This document shows positions 1-12,979 of a DNA stretch of 64,000 nt, one piece after another. A program made the position numbers and the translations under genes. Source of the DNA: the human T2T-CHM13v2.0 reference genome, Homo sapiens; the NCBI RefSeq assembly GCF_009914755.1, contig NC_060935.1. One strand, given 5' to 3'. The notes below the pieces were generated by a model that was not told the origin of the DNA, did not search any database, and saw nothing but the letters and a program-made list of their open reading frames with translations. How positions within the stretch are numbered: the stretch's first letter is position 1; every line of letters begins with the position of its first letter.

Positions 1-1230
1 AAATGGCAGTTACATCTTTCTATTCTTAAATCTTTGTACTGAATTGGTTGGCTTTCTTGAACTGAGTTTCGACTTTCTCCTGGATCTCATTGAACTTCCT
101 TGCCATCCAGATTCTGAATTCCAGTCTATCATTTCAGACAATTCAGACTGATTAAGAACCATTGCTGTGGAGCTAGTGAGCTCATTTGTAGGTAAGGGGA
201 CACTGGCTTTTTGAATTTCCAGAGTTCTTGCACTGACTATTTCTCATCTGGAAGGGCTAGCATTTCTTTAACTGTGGTGTAAATCGAATATAGTCAGTTG
301 GCTTTATTTCTGGAAGCTTTCATAGAGCTAAGGCTCTGTACAAAGTCTTCGTTGCTGAATTCTTGCTCTTGGTTTTGCAGGGGGTAGAATTAGTAAAGTG
401 ATTTTTGGTGCTATATTTGGACTGTAATCCAATAGAGGATACTTGAGAGCAATGGGTGGTTGATAAGCTCTTAGCCGCACAGCATCTTTGCATATCCTCA
501 CATTCACAGCTGTTTTCTGTGGTGTAAATAGGAGAGAGGTAACCCCCCTCACCAGGTCCGCTCCTTGGTCTTGGGGTTTGAGAAAGATACCTCTGGTCAC
601 TGGAAATGTACTTGCAATTTTTGTTATTGTTGTTGTTAGATCTTTCAGGTGTTGGGGCTCCCTTGGGGATTGGACCTGAGCTAGTGGCCACAGCCCTGGG
701 ATTCTAGGACCTGTTTGCAGCTCCCTTCTGTGGATCCTTGGGGTTGGGTTTTGGGTACACTGGGGGATGCAAAAGGCTTTCAGGCTGCCAAAATGCACTC
801 AGGTGGAGCAAAGGACCCAGGCTGTGCACTTGAGGCTACACTGTGTACATGCACCTGTGGGGTAGCCAGGCATAGGCCCTAGGTGGTACTGGTAGGCAGG
901 TAGGCCTGTAGGACTGATGGGCCCCAGTCCTGCAGGGAATCAGGCAGTGTTTTATCCATGGCAGTTAGCTGGGGCTAAAGCCTCTTAGAGGGAGATAGGA
1001 GCTCTGGTGGGAGGGCGCTTATGGCCCAACTCTGCCGGAGCTGACCCATACTCAAAGGTACCCAAATCCATGTGTGCTGCAGCTCCATCTCTGTCTAATA
1101 CCTGGGGAGATCCCCCTGCCAGCTCACATGTCCATGGGGGTATGGAGACTCCTGCAACTAAGATCCTAGAGGTCCAAAGTGAGATGAGTAGTCCCCCAGT
1201 CCCTTCACTCGTATCTTCCTCAAGCACCAT
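1..1230 (-). mobile_element. Old L1 (L1PB/L1M-type) 5' UTR and start of ORF1, antisense to LUZP2, continuing off the left edge
   Basis: Reverse-complement ORF1-like sequence at 1-350 followed by a GC-richer 5'UTR-like segment. Subfamily not determined. Confidence 0.65.
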
Positions 1231-1825
1231 TCAGAGTTGGAACAGATTATTTTTTTATTTTGTAATTTTTAAAATTTTTTATTGTAGCAAATCTCTATTC
1301 CCTGAGAAGAGAGAGGCAGGTAGAGCAAGGACAAGTATTGTCCTTTAAAATTTTTTTTCAAACTCTGTAGGTCATCTTTTTTGAAAAATTGTTTTTAGAT
1401 ATCACTACAGACACTTTCTCTGATCACACTTTTTCTCGTTTTATATGCATGAATTAAAGTCAAAGAAGGCATGATTTTGGGAGGATCATGGGTGGACCAC
1501 ACTCACACCCCCTCTATATGACTTTATTTTATCTATTAACAACCTATAAATATATAAAACCAACAGAAATTTCTAGAAGACCAAAATTAGTAAATCATAG
1601 AAGAATAAAATAATATATTTGGCAAACTTAATTCAATAAATGCATATGAGCATTTGCATGCTCCAAACAGAACTTGATTTTCATGCCCATTAAATGTGTG
1701 TTTTATTTTCTCAAAGCAATGACTTGCTTGGCCATAAAGCAAGCTTTAATAAAATTAAAGTATATGTTAGCAAACTATACTGTATATGCATAGTTCTCTG
1801 TAGAGAGCCACTTTTCTTTCTTTCC

Positions 1826-1826
<1 letters not shown>

Positions 1827-1859
<33 letters not shown>
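1827..1859. repeat. poly(T) tract (~33 nt)
   Basis: Homopolymer seen directly. Confidence 0.95.
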
Positions 1860-1861
<2 letters not shown>

Positions 1862-2630
1862 CAATAGCACAGAATACCCCTGGGGAAATCATTACATAAA
1901 TCTGATTTCAAGAGGGAACTCAAGGTGAACAGTAACAAATTCTGTCAACCACTTTCACACAAGTAGAAAATCACAATACCTATTAAGGTGGAAGTCAAAG
2001 AACAAATAGATTGGAATCTGACAGCATGGGTTAAATAATTAGCTGTATAATCCAAACGCTATTTGATTCTCCTAACTCAGTGGACCTCTCAGTCTGTTTT
2101 TTCACCCAGAATATGGAGCTAATAATATCTGTCTCATAGATTTCAGTTGCAATATCCCAAGAGTTCTGTGATGTTTTAAGCATCTTCTTTTTGTCAGCCT
2201 TAATGCTCAATGTGATGAGTTGTAGAGATGAAAGGGGCATTGTGTTTGCCTTTAAAGAAGTTGATGATCTCATTTTTGTCAGGACTCTAGGAAATTAAAT
2301 GAAGTCAGTTAAACAAAATGACTATTCCAATCATTTCATTCATCTTCATGATCCTTACTATAGCCCCTGGTTTGATTCCTGGAGAGTCCACTGCATGTGT
2401 GGACTTTGGAAGAATTGTATCGCTACCAAAATTGATCTTTGGTACCCATCATTTCTCACTGTTTTAGCTCTTGACTGCCCTCATTCTGGCATCTAGTGGC
2501 TACAGGCTATGTGCCCTTCATTTGTGTCCTTTCTCTCTGGAACCACTGTCCCTCATTACCTGTTGTCAGTTTTCTTAATACCATTGTTTATATTTTGTTC
2601 ATTTTTTTCATGGTTTCAAGTGGCACAGAA

Positions 2631-2961
2631 CAGTAGCTTTCCTTATCTGCAGGGGATATTTTCCAAGACCTTGACTGGATGCCTGAAACTGGATAGTATT
2701 GAATCCTCTATACGCTGTATTTTTTCTATACATACTTATGATAAAGTTTAACTTATAAATTAGGCACAGTAAGATATTAACAACAATAATTAATAATAAA
2801 ATAGAACAATTAAAACAATATACTATAATAAAAGCTAAGTGAATGTGGTCTTTCTCTTTCTTACTCTCTCTCTCTCAAAATATCTTAATATTTTCAAACC
2901 TTGGTTGACCTCAGGTAAATGAAATCATAGAAAGTGAAACCATATATAAGGGGTATTACTG
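2631..2961. mobile_element. MER44-type (TcMar-Tigger) non-autonomous DNA transposon
   Basis: Degenerate TIRs CAGTAG...CCTTATC and ATAAGGGG...TACTG followed by TA; internal TTATAAATTAGGCACAGTAAGA matches the recalled MER44 consensus. Confidence 0.8.
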
Positions 2962-3246
2962 TAAATGTGATTATTGTTACTTCATCTTGGTCAGAAATAA
3001 AATCCATCTCATTCTGTTTTAAGACAATTAAATAAAATGTTGCATTTAAAGTGCTTACCAATCAGCTGAAATATATGAATTGATTATATACGTATATAAA
3101 GTGATATGTATCTTATATATGTAATATGTATTATTTTATACACACACACACACAATTTATTATCACTTTGAAGACCCTTGTGGGTCCAGGATCAAAGGGA
3201 TTTTTCTATGTCAGCCACTTTTACTCTCCTTGAGTATTCTTCAGCG

Positions 3247-3571
3247 CAGGGGTCCCCAGCCATGGACCAGTACTCTTCCGTGGCCTGTTAGGAAGCCGGC
3301 CACACAGCAAGAGGTGAGAAGCAGGTGAGCAAGCATTACCACCTGAGCTCTGCCTCCTGTCAGATCAGTGGCAGCATTAGATTCTCATAGGAGGGGAACC
3401 CCTATTGTGAACTGCGTGTGCGAGGGATCTGGGTTATGTGCTCTTTATGAAAATCTAATGTCTGATGATATGAGGTGGAACAGTTTCATCCTGAAATCAT
3501 CGTCTCCCCATTCATGGAAAAATTGTCTTCCACAAAACCAGTCCCTGGTGCCAAGTGGTTGGGGACCACCA
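3247..3571 (+). mobile_element. MER1B (hAT-Charlie) element
   Basis: CAGGGGTCCCC... and ...GGGGACCAC ends, typical MER1 body, degenerate 8-bp TSD cttcagcg/cttcagta. Confidence 0.85.
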
Positions 3572-4025
3572 CTTCAGTATATTTGCACTGCAAGGAAAAA
3601 ACTTCATATATCAATTTGTTAAAATTTCCTCATGTTATATATTAAAAATATGCACAGACTATGGAAAAAATCAAGTTAAATTAGAAAAAAGACCACTTAT
3701 GTAATATGCATGCTATTTTTTTTTAATGGCACAAGAAAAAGACTATTCTGGAATTCTTGATTTTATAATTATCCTCTTGGGAATTTTTATTCCATCCATT
3801 TACAAAACAGTTAATTTAATTGAAGTTTTCATAACGTTTAACATGAATTTTGAGTACCATTTAAAAGATGTAGGCTTCAAACTTTTTATCAGAAAAGCTA
3901 AGAGAAACTTTGGATATTTTGATGAGGGAATATTAAATTATTTTGCCTTGCATAGGAATATGAAATATAATCAAGAGCTAGGAAAATGAGTCTCTAGTAC
4001 ATTATAAATTACTGGAAGAAGTGGT

Positions 4026-4815
4026 TGTTTTTGTTTCCTATTGCTGTTGTAACAAATACCACAAACTTGCTGACTTAAAACAACATAAATATTTTCTCTC
4101 ACAAATCTAAAGGCTAGAAATCTGAAATCTGCCAGGACTATACTTCCTCTAGGGTTTCTAGGGGAGAATCCATTCTATGCCTCTCACAGCTTCTGGTAGT
4201 TGTCTGGGGATACCTGGGCTTGTGGCTGTCTATGTCTGCCCCCATTACCACCTTGCCTTCTATTCCTTGTTTCTGTGTGAAATCTCCCTCTTCTTCTATC
4301 TTATAAAGACACTTGTGATAGCATTTAGGGCTAACATAATAATCCAGGATCCTATGGAGTGAAATCTGTTCTCCCAAAAGTAATATGTTGAAGCTATAAC
4401 CACCACGGTATAGGGCCTTTGTGAAAGTAATTAATGTTAAATGAAGTCATAATGGTGGGAGCATGATCTGGTAGAATTAGTGTTATTGTAAGAAAGTAAA
4501 CCAGAGAACTTGTTTCCTTTGTGCTGTGGGAATAGTTCTAAGATGGCCATCTGCAAGCTCGGAGGAGAGTCTTCATAAGAAACTGATCCTGCTGGACCTC
4601 GATTTGCGATTTCTAGCTTTCAGAACTGGGAGAAAATAGATTTCTGTTGTTTTAAGCCACTCACTCTGATTTTTCTGTTGTAGACCAAGCTGACTAATAC
4701 ACAGGGTAATCTACTCATCTGAATAGCCTTAATATCATCAAATCCTTTGTCATATAAAGTAGAACATTGACATATCTTTTGGGGACCTCCACATTCTACC
4801 ATTTAGCCCAGTACA
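4026..4815 (-). mobile_element. MLT1 (MLT1C/D-like) MaLR solo LTR, split by a nested LTR
   Basis: TG...CA ends with 5-bp TSD GTGGT (4021-4025 and 4816-4820); typical MLT1 motifs. Confidence 0.8.
4350..4701 (+). mobile_element. MLT1A/MSTD-like MaLR solo LTR nested in opposite orientation inside the MLT1
   Basis: Starts t(c)ctatggagtgaa and ends gactaataca; TSD cagga/caggg; the host LTR resumes afterwards. Confidence 0.75.
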
Positions 4816-5164
4816 GTGGTCAATCTTTTTTTAATCCACACCTCCCTAGAGTAAGAATCAAGTAAATCATACATCTTCAAGCGATAGCTGTGTAACAGAT
4901 GCCAGACGCTACTTCATATTCAATTTCTCCCTTCCTAAAAACAAACAAACAAATGACAACAACAACGAAAGCAAAAAGCACACTGCGATTTAGGTACTTT
5001 TTACATCATGTGACAGAGCTGCAAAAAAAAGAGGCTCTGCAAGGATATATGTATCCAGGATATATGATATATATATATCCTTGATTAAATTACTCCATCT
5101 TCTAGTAATTTATAATGTACTAGAGACTCATTTTCCTAGCTCTTGATTATATTTCATAATCCTT

Positions 5165-5977
5165 GATGTATATATATCATATATATCAGACAATATATAC
5201 ATATATAATATTTATCAGACTATATATAATATACATAGTGTGGTATATATATAATATATATAGTGTGTGTATATATATATCTGTCACATTATGTAAAAAG
5301 TACATAAATTGCAGTGTGCTTTTTGCTTTTGTTGTTGTCATTTCATTGTTCATTTTTATAAAATGGGTCTCAGACTATATATATATGTACTCTACATATA
5401 TCTGATATATATATAGTCCTCTACATATATCTGATATATATATAGTCCATATATATCTGATATATATAGTCTACATATATCTGATATATAGTCTATATAT
5501 ATCTGATATATATAGAGTCTATATATATATCTGATATATATATAGTCTATATATATCTGATAAGACTATATATATATCTGATATATATAGACTATATATA
5601 TCTGATATATAGACTCTATATATATCAGATATATAGAGAGTCTATATATCAGATATATATAGTCTATATATATCTGATAAGACTATATATATCTGATATA
5701 TATAGACTATATATATCTGATATATAGACTCTCTATATATCAGATATATATAGAGTCTATATATATCTGATATATAGAGAGTCTATATATCAGATATATA
5801 TAGTCTATATATCTGATATATATAGTCTATATATATCTGATATATATAGACTATATATATCAGATATATATGTAGTCTGAGGCTGTATATATACTATAGA
5901 TATAGTGTCTCTATATATACACACACACATATATATGCATATATGTATGTGTATATATATATGTGTGTGTATGTGTA

Positions 5978-6015
<38 letters not shown>

Positions 6016-6020
6016 GTCTG
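5165..6020. repeat. TA-rich minisatellite (unit ~ATATATCTGATATATATAGTCT in both orientations) plus (TA)n/(CA)n/(TG)n tracts
   Basis: Seen directly. Units and their reverse complements (AGACTATATATATCAGATAT) are interspersed. A unique-sequence insert at 5280-5358 interrupts it. Confidence 0.95.
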
Positions 6021-6332
6021 ATGCCCATTTTATTTAAATACTGATCCAGAATTGAAATCCATATTCCTTTCACTCCAATATACATCATCTTTCCCTAAAT
6101 TCAGTTATCATTCTGGTGTTAATTAATCAGTTTCAATAAGGCTTCTTTCCACAAGGAGCCATCTCACTGATGGCAAAGGCATGTATGAAGGATGACATTT
6201 ATTGTTTTTGAAAGCAAGCAGTTCATTAATTAAATATTATGTGTTTGTATTTAAAAAATTAACTTTTATACTTTTGTGCTCACACTCATGAAGAAATGCA
6301 TATTTTCTTCCTATTGTTAAAAGTAATTAATG

Positions 6333-6955
6333 GTGGGACTGTAAACTAGTTCAACCATTGTGGAAGTCAGTGTGGCGATTCCTCAGGGATCTAGAACTAG
6401 AAATAGCATTTGACCCAGCCATCCCATTACTGGGTATATACCCAAAGGATTATAAAACATGCTGCTATAAAGACACATGCGCACGTATGTTTATTGCGGC
6501 ACTATTCTCAATAGCAAAGACTTGGAACCAACCTAAATGTCCAACAAGGATAGACTGGATTAAGAAAATGTGGCACATATACACCACGGAATACTATGCA
6601 GCCATGAAAAATGATAAGATCATGTCCTTTGTAGGGACATGGATGAAACTGAAAACCATCATTCTCAGCAAAGTATCGCAAGGACAAAAAACCAAACACC
6701 ACATGTTCTCACTCATAGGTGGGAATTGAACAATGAGAACACATGGACACAGGAAGGGGAACATCACACTCTGGGGACTGTTGTGGGGTGGGGGGAGGGG
6801 GGAGGGGTAGCATTAGGAGATATACCTAATGCTAAATGACGAGTTAATGGGTGCAGCACACCAACATGGCACATGTATACATATGTAACAAACCTGCACG
6901 TTGTGCACATGTGCCCTAAAACTTAAAGTAGAATAATAATAAAAGAAAAAAAATG
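6333..6955 (+). mobile_element. 5'-truncated L1PA3/L1PA4-like LINE-1 (ORF2 end, 3' UTR, A-tail)
   Basis: ORF2 C-terminal peptide (ORF 6358-6729), G-rich 3'UTR, A-tail, 13-bp TSD AAAGTAATTAATG (6320-6332 and 6956-6968). Confidence 0.93.
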
Positions 6956-9467
6956 AAAGTAATTAATGTATATACATGATTTAAAGCAAAATTAAGTGGG
7001 ATAGCATCAGTATTGGTACAAAAACAGTAGTAAACCAGACAACCCAGTTTTCTGATAGATGAGCACAAGGACAGCCTTTCATTAATTCACAGAATAGGAC
7101 GTAAAGAATAACTGAAAAAAAAAAAAAAGAAAGTTACACTGTCATTCTTTTCTCCTTGCTCTGTGTGAACTTAATAGTGAATGAAGCCCCTTTTATCTTC
7201 CATCTAAAATGTCTAAGTCCCATAAGAATAAATTATGGATAGATGATAATTAATTTATTTTCAGTATATTTTTTGCCTCAGCCTTACTTTCAAAATCTGG
7301 GCACATTTTAATAAATGCACAATATTTGCATGAGAAAACATAATTAAGTGAGCATGAAAAGGATCCATCTGCTACATAGTTTTATTTTTAGGAATTTACT
7401 GAATATCTATGCTAAAATCAAATTTCCATCATTGCTGAGCCTGTTATTACTCTTTTGAGCTTTCATAACTGGTTGATGTTTTCCTTCTGGTAATTTTTAT
7501 GGTAAAACACTATCTCAGAACTTGTTTTGTCAGTTTCACTTTATTGACTTGATTCCCTGTATCATCCAGGCCTCTGTGGTTACATGCAAAAAATACTGAT
7601 CTTTACCAATTTTAGTAAAGGAGATTTCTTGGTTGACCATTATAACTCATAGTATTAGCAAGAAGATGGGAGAAACAAGCCTGGGCACAGGCAGAAATAA
7701 ACTTTGCTTCATTAGATTGGGACACATGAATCACAAAAATGGTTTTATTGTAGAAACAACTCATACAAGACACACTGCTGAAATTAACATATCTAACCAT
7801 TGGTAGCCTGTCTTGAATCTGGTCAGCTAAGTTCCAAGGCTTCTAATGACCTAACTTGGATTATGTATGTGCCCATATCTTGAATTGGTCAGGAAATTAA
7901 ATGCACAAAACAATGCTTGGGATATACCATACCATGAGAGAAAAGTAATCCTCCAAAAAAAAAAAAAAAATGAGTCAATGATTATTAGGAAGGTAGAAGG
8001 AAAGATGAGCAGCTACTGAGGAGCAAATGGGAGCTCTTTGAGATACAGATCTGTTTCAAATATTTGATTCAGTTCTAAACATAATACTGTTGTAGAGCGG
8101 ATGCATAATAAATATTTGTTTATTCATATTGGGAAATACAATTTAAATTGCTACATTTTAGAAAGATTTCTCCAGCAATAAACATGTCCACTACCCTTGC
8201 TTCAGTACTGACCCTAATTTTACCTTCTCTTAATCCTAAAAAAATCATAAATAAATGATGAAAAGGAAAGAGAAGGAAACAAAAAATTGTGAATGAAAAA
8301 TATGTACTAGCTTCCAAGATGAAACAATGAATAACACACACTATCTTCCTTTAAGGAGCCCCAAGCCTATAATAGCCTGATGTTTGGATCGGTGATTAGA
8401 ATGATATGAATTATGCAGACTGGTACCAAGAAGGTTAATGTTCACCAAAATATTATCTATAAAACTCAAAATTGAAAATTTAAGAAATCATCAACTATAA
8501 TATACATTTTTTAAAATCTTATAATTTTTTAGACCTGTAAAGTATAGATACAAACCATATATAGCATCATTTCATGTTATATGTAAAAGCAGAATAAAAA
8601 TGGCATGGAGACAATAATTGTGACTGTGTAAGATATTAATTTATGTGGATATTAACAAAGACTGGGAGGGTAACAGAAATAAAAGTAGATTTTCTAGAAT
8701 AATGGATGTGTTTTATTTTTTAATTTCCTTTAATGCCACTATATGTGAAAAGAAATTTGCAAGTAAATTTTGGGACTATTTATTCTGTCATCTGATTGTT
8801 TAGAAACAAAATACATTGAAATTGTCCCTTGCCTGTTAGTGTGATTCAATCCATTCTTCATGATTTTGCAGCTGTGGTTCTGGCTGTGACTGCCAGGGGA
8901 GACTTCCAGTATTACTGTTTATTTATTACTCTTGTTCTTTTTAACCTGTTTCCTCAAAGCATCTGCAAGTTTGTGGTTATGGGAAGACAGGTGGTGGATG
9001 TTCAGTAGATCTTAGGTAGAATAAATAGCTGTTTTGACTCTTGTTAAGAATGGTATTGTTTTTAACACTGGTATCCAATAATACTTACCTATTAGGAGTT
9101 GCGAGTGCTTTAAACTCTCGATTAGGAATATAAAATTGCCCTTCTTGCTAAAAACATACCTTTTCTTCAGTTTCTATATTTCAGAATTCTATATTACATA
9201 GAATTCTTCAAATGGCATAGATTCTAACCCATTCAGTAATTCAGAACATACAATTACTATTCAATCTCTTCCATCACCAGGATTTGACATCTCAGTTCAG
9301 CTGTTGTTGCCATATACCTGGTCATTTTAATTGCTTCTGTATTAGTTTCCCACTCTCATTTTCTTCTGTTTCATTTTTGCCTATGTACTGTTGCCATATC
9401 ATGCTGACAGGGGCTCTAGCCATATCATACCTCTGATTTGAAATATCCAAGGGACCCCTGCTTTGGG

Positions 9468-9742
9468 TATTTTTGTTTAAGTTAGACCCTATGCCGGGCA
9501 AGAGTGCAGTGATACAATCACAGCTCACTGCAGCCTAGAATTTCTGGACTCAAGCCATCTTCCAGCCTCAGCCTCCTCATTAGCTAGGATTATAGGTGTA
9601 AACTACCACATTAAAAAAAATTGTAGAGACAGGAGACACATGATGTTATCCAGGCTGGTCTTGCACTCCTGACTTCAAGAGATCCTCCAGCCTCTGTCTC
9701 CCAATGTGCTGGAAATACAGGCCTGAGGCACTGCACCCAGCC
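9468..9742 (-). mobile_element. AluJ (degenerate), within an L2 remnant
   Basis: Antisense Alu motifs (cagctcactgcagcct, ccaggctggtcttg); high divergence. Confidence 0.8.
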
Positions 9743-11669
9743 CCCCTTTGGCTGCTGAATTAAGTATAAAATTTGTAGCTCAATTTTGGGATCTCCTCTC
9801 TACTTTTTAGTATTTTAAATCATGCTTATTGCTCCTTCTACCCTATAGACCAACAAGCCAACAACTAAGTCTCATTCTTCCGTTTCTTTGCTTAAATGTT
9901 TTCCTTCACCTGGATGGCCTCCCTCATTCTTGCCATAGTTATTCAGCAACCCACTTCAAAAATAACCCTCTTCACTAGAACTTTTCTTATTACCCCAAAT
10001 GGAATTGACCATGATTCTTTTAAAATATACACAAGTCTGTTCTGCCTCCCTGCACTTAATAAGCTTTATATTAGAGTTACTTATGTGAATAACAATCAGA
10101 TTAGGTGAACTCTATGAAGACCCAAATGCTACCTTTGTCATCTTTGTATTTACCAAAGGCATCTAAAACAGAACACTGGCTTGTTCATTGGCTTGATTTA
10201 AAGGGCAACTGCAAATTTATTGAATAAATTTAATAGGATTAGAAAGAATAACTTTTGTTTTCCTGTTTAATTATTTTTTAATCCTAGAGAAATTAGAGGG
10301 GAGGTCAGACGTAGGATTCCTAAACAAAAGAAAGACAGGAAAGAAAAAGAGAGTATGGGAGGTGGAAAACAATAAATGCCTTCTGGATTTCACCCAGTGA
10401 AGTTAAATTTCTTTAGGTATAAATTAAGAAGAATGTATTTACTTTTTATTTATTTATTTAATTTATTTATTTATTTATTTATTATTATACCCAGAGCCCA
10501 GCATTTGGGTGACTTTATATAGGATCAGTTTTAGTGAACTCAGTTACTTTATTTTCTATTGTTTTTCTAATATTCTAGTTGCTTTATTCATGTTCTTTTT
10601 TACATTTAATATTCTATCAGCTTTATTAACTATTCTTGGAGTTTAGTTTTATAAAGATATTGTTTTTGTAAAAATGTTCTCCTGCTAAAGAACGTACTTG
10701 CCTGTGAAAAACCAGGAGAATGCTGTGTAGAAAGTAGTGCAGGTAAAAATACCTGGGTGAGATTTGACTACTCTCTCCAGACCCTGTCTTAGTTTTCCTC
10801 GACCCCTAATGGATAGAAACCTAATTTCTTCCTCTCCTGTGAAGCAGTGTGATCAAAGTCTCAGACTCAGGCAAATTAGCATTTACTAGTTTATTTTGTG
10901 TGCCGTAAAACAGTACCCTCAGGGATTGAGGAGCTGAGTGAAACACCAATATTCAAATTAGCTCTTCCCAAGAAACACATACACATTTGAATGGATAATC
11001 TTAAACCTACCTATAGCGGTATTTCTATACAACAATTAGGGCATCCCCTTCTCTGACCAGAACTAGGAAACAGCTTTTTCTTTTCTTTTCTTTTTTTTAT
11101 TCTCTTCTTTTATTTTCAATTGTGTTTCTAGAGAGATGAATTCTAGAATAATATTTAGGGTTTCTGGAAATATAAAGCAGAGTTTGATTAGTTAGTATAC
11201 ATATTGGACTTAATATAATCCACTATGTATATTATGAAGTGTTACGAATCATTTTCTTTCTATCGAGAAAATCAGTTATTTTCTTATTCACATATTATTT
11301 CTCTATATACTGGGGGTTAAAATAAAAAGAAAGGACAGGATATATACTTTGTGGGGGACTAGAATCCTTAAAATAAAATCTTACCATGGAAGAAATAAAT
11401 ATTTTCAGTAAGAAAATAATCCCAATGGACATCACTAATGCAAAATTAAATATAATTTATTTATTTAATTTCAAAGTTAAGAATTTTTCAAGGTATATTT
11501 TATGGTCTCTGATATATGCAAATTTCCATTTTCTTGTTTTATTTTGATTGTAATGTTGCTATAATATTATATCATGTGTTACAATAAAACGATTTGGATC
11601 TATTTGTTCAAACTATTTCTCTTGTATTTAGTGATTTCTTTCTTTCTATCTCTCTTCGTCTCTTTTAAG

Positions 11670-11762
11670 CCTCAACAAAGTGCTTCTGGAAACAATGAGA
11701 GCTCTCAAGTTGAGTCAACAAAGGAAGGAAATCCAAGTACCACTGCCTGTGACTCTCAAGAT
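11670..11762 (+). CDS. LUZP2: LUZP2 internal coding exon (third from last), 93 nt, PQQSASGNNESSQVESTKEGNPSTTACDSQD
   Basis: Polypyrimidine tract then ttttaag| acceptor (AG 11668-11669); donor GAT|gtaaga at 11763. Phase 0-0, open frame. The peptide matches the recalled human LUZP2 C-terminal region. Confidence 0.93.
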
Positions 11763-11900
11763 GTAAGAAAAACTTAAGATGCTTTTTACAGTATTAGACA
11801 GGAGAAAAAAGCACAAGCATTTTAGCAATTCTAATTCATGCCACCATGAAACTATTTATATGTAATATCTACTATCTAAGGATTGTACTTTTAAATATAA

Positions 11901-12237
<337 letters not shown>

Positions 12238-12664
12238 GTAAATGTTCTTTTGTTATGAATCAGGTAAGTGTTCCATTAAGCATTGCAACTAGATTCTTAG
12301 GACAACTGTGAATATGAGTTTTTAGAGAGGTAAGTGGAGGACCACAGGCTAAGCAAGGTGCTCATTCCCACAGCTACATGAAAGAAAGCTGTTAAAATGT
12401 AAAAAACAAAAGCCAACAAAAAACCTTATAGGATGTACTTCTCCATGTAAAGCAAATACACTCAGCATACAGAGACATCATTGTAGAGGAAGGGAGATTC
12501 ATTTCCTTCAAATGATAGGAAATATGGAATTTGTTCAATGAGTCTTTTCACTCTTTAAAAGTGCAATGGAATTTTATTTTTTTGAACTTTGGCAAAATTG
12601 AGCTAATGGATCTATTACATTTAGATTTGAGAACAGCAAATGACAACAATTGTGTTCAAAATTA

Positions 12665-12979
<315 letters not shown>

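Noticed and set aside
320-1348. ORFs of 113-156 aa at the left edge
   Set aside because: They lie within an old L1 5' region, have no recognisable domain, and no splice context links them to LUZP2.
1808-1960. Orphan poly(T) as the tail of an antisense retrocopy
   Set aside because: No clear TSD next to the tract and no minus-strand poly(A) signal.
5370-5880. CRISPR-like array
   Set aside because: Eukaryotic context, no unique spacers; a low-complexity minisatellite.
6358-6729. 123-aa ORF resembling a real protein
   Set aside because: It is the C-terminus of L1 ORF2 in a 5'-truncated element with no promoter or start.
8041-8058. 18-bp exact match AGATACAGATCTGTTTCA also at 43853-43870
   Set aside because: A single short match 36 kb apart in AT-rich DNA with no convincing extension; compatible with chance.
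9183-9207. 10-bp hairpin AGAATTCTAT-attac-ATAGAATTCT (similar small stems at ~37484 and ~46650)
   Set aside because: Short AT-rich stems are expected by chance in 64 kb.
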